Shown here: positions 1 to 3,753 of the stretch, in pieces
How the letters are laid out: each line of letters begins with the position of its first letter
How positions within the stretch are numbered: the stretch's first letter is position 1
Assembly (NCBI GenBank): GCA_000004985.1
Contig: GG739208.1
From: Naegleria gruberi
Taxonomy: Eukaryota
Strand: one strand, 5' to 3'
DNA length: 3,753 nt
Made by a program: the position numbers and the translations under genes
The notes under the pieces: generated by a model
The model's database searches: none
What the model saw: only the letters and a program-made list of their open reading frames with translations
Told to the model about the DNA's origin: nothing

Positions 1-60
1 CTCAACATGTACTTCACCAACTTGGAAAATGTCTTTCATCACTACTATTCAAATACATAA
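1..60 (+). CDS. Possible C-terminal end of a coding exon (frame 1, open from the window edge: ...LNMYFTNLENVFHHYYSNT*), stop TAA 58-60
   Basis: Frame 1 is open from base 1 to TAA at 58-60. AATAAA at 59-64 overlaps the stop. Downstream sequence becomes very AT-rich. No homology recognisable by eye. 19 codons is well within chance. Confidence 0.12.
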   Translation, partial: LNMYFTNLENVFHHYYSNT

Positions 61-430
61 TAAACAATATATTTATTATCAGATTTTCATCATTTTGTGT
101 TTTTGCCAACTTCGGGTTATTCATGGTCCCAATCATGATTCATGCCAAAAGTACAGTCAATCTTCTTGAAACATTAATAAACTTTTATTAGTACAATATT
201 GTAGATGTACCATATCAATTATTTCGTCTTGTTTCGTTGAAATCATGAAGATTTTGATTTTTCTGTTTTTAATTAAATTACACATCACATACACCTTATT
301 TGTTGATGTAAACTAGACTAGTTACATGTAAATAATCCATTGTTGATTCTCTAATCATATTTTATTGTGTTTTTGTGTATCTAGGTTTTTGAAATCTTGC
401 AAATTATTCTGCGGTTATTCTTCATATAAA

Positions 431-477
431 TATGATTCCTCACTTCATGATATGAGGAGGGATTGATATCATGATTG
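431..477. repeat. Composite dyad region with two mutually exclusive short hairpins. The first is tcctca 437-442 / tgagga 453-458. The second is tcatgatat 445-453 / atatcatga 466-474 with a purine-rich loop gaggagggattg.
   Basis: Reverse complements verified by hand. Flanking direct repeats atgatt at 432-437 and 472-477. Confidence 0.6.
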
Positions 478-982
478 TTTGAAATTGTTGTACAAATTTT
501 GGACACTCCCTGAATTGAAATCAGGAAGAAAGAGTCAAATCTTTAACACCATATAAAATATGACTTTTGACGATGGTTTTGGTCTTTTTGGTTGTTTTTA
601 AAACTTTGGAAAAGGAGAATGATAAACACCTTTTCTCAACATATTCTTTATTTATGGAAGTTATGACCATAAGAATGAATTTCGCATTACCAAACCATGC
701 GAATTTATATAGTATGAAATTTATTCGCATAAATTTTATTCGAATATAATTGCCTGGAACATCATGTTTTACAGTTTGTTATAAGATATTTCTGTAACAA
801 AAATTTTTATTCAATTTCAAGTATAAAGAGTCTTTTGGTTCAATTAATATATTATCAAACTCTTTTAATATTATTCAGGGGTTTGAATTTATTCTTGTTT
901 ACAAAATGGAGTTATTTAAATGGTGGAAAGTGATATCAATGAAGAGATGATTACAATAAAGACTATTGCATAATTGTGAATG

Positions 983-2408
983 NNNNNNNNNNNNNNNNNN
1001 NNNNNNNNNNNNNNNNNNNNNNNNNNNNNNNNNNNNNNNNNNNNNNNNNNNNNNNNNNNNNNNNNNNNNNNNNNNNNNNNNNNNNNNNNNNNNNNNNNNN
1101 NNNNNNNNNNNNNNNNNNNNNNNNNNNNNNNNNNNNNNNNNNNNNNNNNNNNNNNNNNNNNNNNNNNNNNNNNNNNNNNNNNNNNNNNNNNNNNNNNNNN
1201 NNNNNNNNNNNNNNNNNNNNNNNNNNNNNNNNNNNNNNNNNNNNNNNNNNNNNNNNNNNNNNNNNNNNNNNNNNNNNNNNNNNNNNNNNNNNNNNNNNNN
1301 NNNNNNNNNNNNNNNNNNNNNNNNNNNNNNNNNNNNNNNNNNNNNNNNNNNNNNNNNNNNNNNNNNNNNNNNNNNNNNNNNNNNNNNNNNNNNNNNNNNN
1401 NNNNNNNNNNNNNNNNNNNNNNNNNNNNNNNNNNNNNNNNNNNNNNNNNNNNNNNNNNNNNNNNNNNNNNNNNNNNNNNNNNNNNNNNNNNNNNNNNNNN
1501 NNNNNNNNNNNNNNNNNNNNNNNNNNNNNNNNNNNNNNNNNNNNNNNNNNNNNNNNNNNNNNNNNNNNNNNNNNNNNNNNNNNNNNNNNNNNNNNNNNNN
1601 NNNNNNNNNNNNNNNNNNNNNNNNNNNNNNNNNNNNNNNNNNNNNNNNNNNNNNNNNNNNNNNNNNNNNNNNNNNNNNNNNNNNNNNNNNNNNNNNNNNN
1701 NNNNNNNNNNNNNNNNNNNNNNNNNNNNNNNNNNNNNNNNNNNNNNNNNNNNNNNNNNNNNNNNNNNNNNNNNNNNNNNNNNNNNNNNNNNNNNNNNNNN
1801 NNNNNNNNNNNNNNNNNNNNNNNNNNNNNNNNNNNNNNNNNNNNNNNNNNNNNNNNNNNNNNNNNNNNNNNNNNNNNNNNNNNNNNNNNNNNNNNNNNNN
1901 NNNNNNNNNNNNNNNNNNNNNNNNNNNNNNNNNNNNNNNNNNNNNNNNNNNNNNNNNNNNNNNNNNNNNNNNNNNNNNNNNNNNNNNNNNNNNNNNNNNN
2001 NNNNNNNNNNNNNNNNNNNNNNNNNNNNNNNNNNNNNNNNNNNNNNNNNNNNNNNNNNNNNNNNNNNNNNNNNNNNNNNNNNNNNNNNNNNNNNNNNNNN
2101 NNNNNNNNNNNNNNNNNNNNNNNNNNNNNNNNNNNNNNNNNNNNNNNNNNNNNNNNNNNNNNNNNNNNNNNNNNNNNNNNNNNNNNNNNNNNNNNNNNNN
2201 NNNNNNNNNNNNNNNNNNNNNNNNNNNNNNNNNNNNNNNNNNNNNNNNNNNNNNNNNNNNNNNNNNNNNNNNNNNNNNNNNNNNNNNNNNNNNNNNNNNN
2301 NNNNNNNNNNNNNNNNNNNNNNNNNNNNNNNNNNNNNNNNNNNNNNNNNNNNNNNNNNNNNNNNNNNNNNNNNNNNNNNNNNNNNNNNNNNNNNNNNNNN
2401 NNNNNNNN
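983..2408. other. Run of 1,426 N: assembly gap of estimated size or hard-masked segment. No sequence information.
   Basis: Uninterrupted N from 983 to 2408. Flanks are ...attgtgaatg|N...N|aattcaaaat... with no obvious target-site duplication. The length is not a conventional 100-N placeholder. Confidence 0.99.
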
Positions 2409-2441
2409 AATTCAAAATTTAATTAGCAATTAATTTTTTGA

Positions 2442-2709
2442 TCTGCATACAATCCATATGGATCTGATTTGAGCTCATATTCTTCATCACGTATAGAAGT
2501 AGAACCAGAATCACTCTTTCTTGAGAATTTTGGTGTGGGCATTTTGTGGTTTGTCTCACTCTTTGGTGATGTGGCACTGTATGATTATCAGCAATTTCGT
2601 TAGTTCCCGAGACAACATTCTGGTTGGTGAACAACAACTTGTCGATGCAACACTCTAACGATTTGATAAGTTCAAATTTGGCATCCTTCCTTGACGAATG
2701 ACACACGTG
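2442..2709. other. GC-elevated segment with long open frames on both strands; possible exon, strand and extent unresolved
   Basis: By eye the base composition is clearly less AT-rich than the flanks. The minus-strand frame is open 2419-2709 (96 codons) but begins with GTG in the track and has its first ATG only near its 3' end, so it is not a stand-alone eukaryotic CDS. The plus-strand frame 3 is open 2442-2606 (SAYNPYGSDLSSYSSSRIEVEPESLFLENFGVGILWFVSLFGDVALYDYQQFR*). Confidence 0.2.
2452..2463. repeat. 12-bp perfect palindrome atccatatggat flanked by direct copies of gatctg (2440-2445, 2461-2466)
   Basis: The reverse complement of atccatatggat is identical to itself. Contains CATATG. Confidence 0.6.
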
Positions 2710-2711
2710 TC
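2703..2711. promoter_or_regulatory. 8-bp palindrome ACACGTGT containing E-box/G-box CACGTG; ACGTGTC resembles a plant ABRE/G-box core
   Basis: acacgtgt at 2703-2710 is a perfect palindrome. CACGTG lies at 2704-2709 and ACGTGTC at 2705-2711. It sits about 70 bp upstream of the ATG at 2780. A 6-bp motif is expected by chance at appreciable frequency. Confidence 0.25.
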
Positions 2712-2779
2712 ATCACTTTGACATTGTGAGAGAAGAAACAACTTGGGACGCGTTGTTGTTTAACCTTTGTCATCAAAAA

Positions 2780-2860
2780 ATGGCTTCTCAAGAGAATAAT
2801 ACACCCTACCCTGCTATTTTATCTTTTAAAAGCATCACAGAATTATGTGGTAAAGGCTAG
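2780..2860 (+). CDS. Small ORF MASQENNTPYPAILSFKSITELCGKG* with plant-like initiation context (caaaaaATGGCt). Could be a uORF, a truncated first exon or a pseudogene start.
   Basis: ATG 2780-2782 is preceded by an A-run and followed by GCT: the A at -3 with +4 G and +5 C (ATGGC) matches the dicot consensus aaaaaATGGC. The Met-Ala-Ser N-terminus is common in plants. TAG at 2858-2860. The same frame reopens immediately afterwards. Confidence 0.15.
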   Translation: MASQENNTPYPAILSFKSITELCGKG

Positions 2861-3028
2861 AAATTGGCCCTTAGTGCAGGAGCAAAAAAGAAGTTGAAAG
2901 CAGTAATATTGGAAGCCAAGAAGAAAGGTGAGAAACAGATAGGTACATTATGTCGTCCAAAATACAAAAAATTGTTAGTCCAGAAACATTTTGGACAAAC
3001 ATGTCGGGGTTTGGTTAGGATTCAGAGT
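2861..3028 (+). CDS. Open frame in the same frame as the upstream ATG ORF, Lys-rich (KLALSAGAKKKLKAVILEAKKKGEKQIGTLCRPKYKKLLVQKHFGQTCRGLVRIQS*). Possible exon with a GGTGAG donor-like site at 2929-2934.
   Basis: 56 sense codons without a stop in roughly 33% GC DNA, ending in TGA at 3029-3031. No ATG. AAAG|GTGAGA at 2926-2935 fits a 5' splice-site consensus. No homology recognisable by eye. Confidence 0.12.
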
Positions 3029-3296
3029 TGATTTATTTGGGTTATTTAAGAGATTACTTAGTGAAGATTCATATCATTGATTATATTTCTTATCATCTAT
3101 AAATGATGTAAATTTGATGGTTTCATTTCTTGCATTGATAGATATTTAAAGGTCAGGTCAGTACTAACTTTTGAATTATGGACTTTTAGAAGTCAAATGT
3201 TTGGGACGTGAATCTACTCATTGGATTGAATAGGTATTGCTAATAAAGGAACATTTCATTGATTTATTGATTATAACGGTCAAATTGAGTTGAATG

Positions 3297-3391
3297 GAAG
3301 TGAATCAAATGTTGATTCATCGTGGATGGTGCAACTACCAACCTTTGTAGATTGAATCAGGTTGATGATAGATCAACATTTGATTCACTTC
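3297..3391. repeat. Foldback/hairpin: perfect 20-bp inverted repeat gaagtgaatcaaatgttgat (3297-3316) / atcaacatttgattcacttc (3372-3391). It extends by 5 bp (tcatc 3317-3321 / gatga 3364-3368) across a 3-nt bulge. Loop about 42 nt.
   Basis: Direct base-by-base comparison: the reverse complement of 3372-3391 equals 3297-3316 exactly. The loop contains internal aacc/ggtt complementarity at 3340-3343 / 3360-3363. Confidence 0.85.
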
Positions 3392-3753
3392 GATCGAATC
3401 TTCACAGAAATCACTCTTGAAATATAAACTGTACTACAATGTATGAGAAACATAATGGTGGTGGAATTAATCAGTAAATCGTTGAAATGACTGAGATGGA
3501 ATGTAAACTATGGTCTGTTTTTCATGTAATGGTGACTCGACAGTGTCAGTTTCATCAAATTATTTCAAACTGATTACAATCAATAAAAAACCGTTCTATA
3601 CATCAAACATGTCATATAGAATTAGTTTCAATATTTAATATTGTGAACTGACTCTGTTGGATACCATCTCTATAAATATAACAAGATGAAAAGTGTCAAT
3701 ATTCAATATCACATATATGTTACTTTGAAGAGTCAACATTATATCATCTAGAC

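Noticed and set aside
521-749. Overlapping 69-aa (minus) and 60-aa (plus) ORFs
   Set aside because: They are short, mutually antisense and lie in a very AT-rich, repeat-like tract. They have no start context and no compositional signal, so they are most likely chance ORFs.
916-2433. Four long ORFs (480-499 aa) on both strands
   Set aside because: They are translated almost entirely from N (poly-X) and exist only because N-codons cannot be stops. They carry no evidence of coding.
2419-2706. 95-aa minus-strand ORF taken as a complete gene
   Set aside because: Its track start codon is GTG, and the frame is simply open from a TGA at 2710-2712. The first ATG lies near its 3' end. At best it is part of a spliced exon, and it is kept only as an ambiguous GC-elevated segment.
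2850-2879. Intron gtaaag...cag that would remove the in-frame TAG
   Set aside because: It is only 30 nt long, far below typical plant or animal minimum intron sizes. Removing any multiple of 3 trivially preserves the frame, so it is not evidence.
3221-3361. Recurring ttgaat/attcaa and gattgaat[a/c]agg motifs taken as a separate repeat family
   Set aside because: These are short A/T-rich words expected to recur. They are noted only as context for the 3297-3391 foldback.
3363-3494. C/D-box snoRNA (UGAUGA at 3363-3368, CUGA at 3491-3494)
   Set aside because: No complementary terminal stem flanks the boxes. The C box lies inside the foldback arm region. Box-like 4-6-mers are frequent in AT-rich DNA.
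3671-3688. TATAAATA box followed by ATG 3686-3688 (also tataaat at 3099 and catataaata at 424)
   Set aside because: TATA-like strings are abundant by chance in roughly 70% AT sequence. The downstream ORF is only about 21 codons, and the ATG is too close to the TATA to follow a normal TSS.
1-3753. tRNA genes, rRNA genes and CRISPR arrays
   Set aside because: There is no GGTTCGANTCC-type T-arm with a cloverleaf, no rRNA-like conserved blocks, and no regularly spaced direct repeats of 24-48 bp anywhere in the readable sequence.

Overview
This window is AT-rich, low-complexity eukaryotic nuclear-type sequence, plausibly plant (TATAAATA-type boxes, an AAAAAATGGCT start context, U-rich spacers). 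It is interrupted by a 1,426-nt run of N at 983-2408, a sized scaffold gap or hard-masked segment, so about 38% of the window cannot be observed. Nothing in the 2,327 readable bases looks prokaryotic. There is no long ORF, no RBS-ORF operon arrangement, no CRISPR-type spaced repeat array, and no recognisable tRNA or rRNA. I therefore cannot support any defence or other 'system' here. The four 480-499-aa ORFs in the track consist almost entirely of N-codons (X) and are artefacts of the N-run. What the readable sequence does support is listed below. (1) A GC-elevated island (by eye) at ~2440-3040 holds open frames on both strands, a CACGTG/ACGTGTC G-box-like palindrome, an ACGCGT site, and a plant-consensus-like start context at ATG 2780. 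A single in-frame TAG follows that start and a GGTGAG donor-like site lies downstream, so this is a candidate gene, pseudogene or uORF region with unresolved structure. (2) A ~95-nt foldback at 3297-3391 has a perfect 20-bp inverted repeat. It is a candidate MITE relic, hairpin-RNA or MIRNA-like locus. (3) A possible 3' end of a plus-strand coding exon sits at 1-60, with AATAAA immediately after the stop. (4) Several small palindromes and competing hairpins carry recurring TCATGA and TTCGCAT motifs. All gene-level calls are low confidence. The decisive checks are homology searches, RNA-seq mapping and gap closure.
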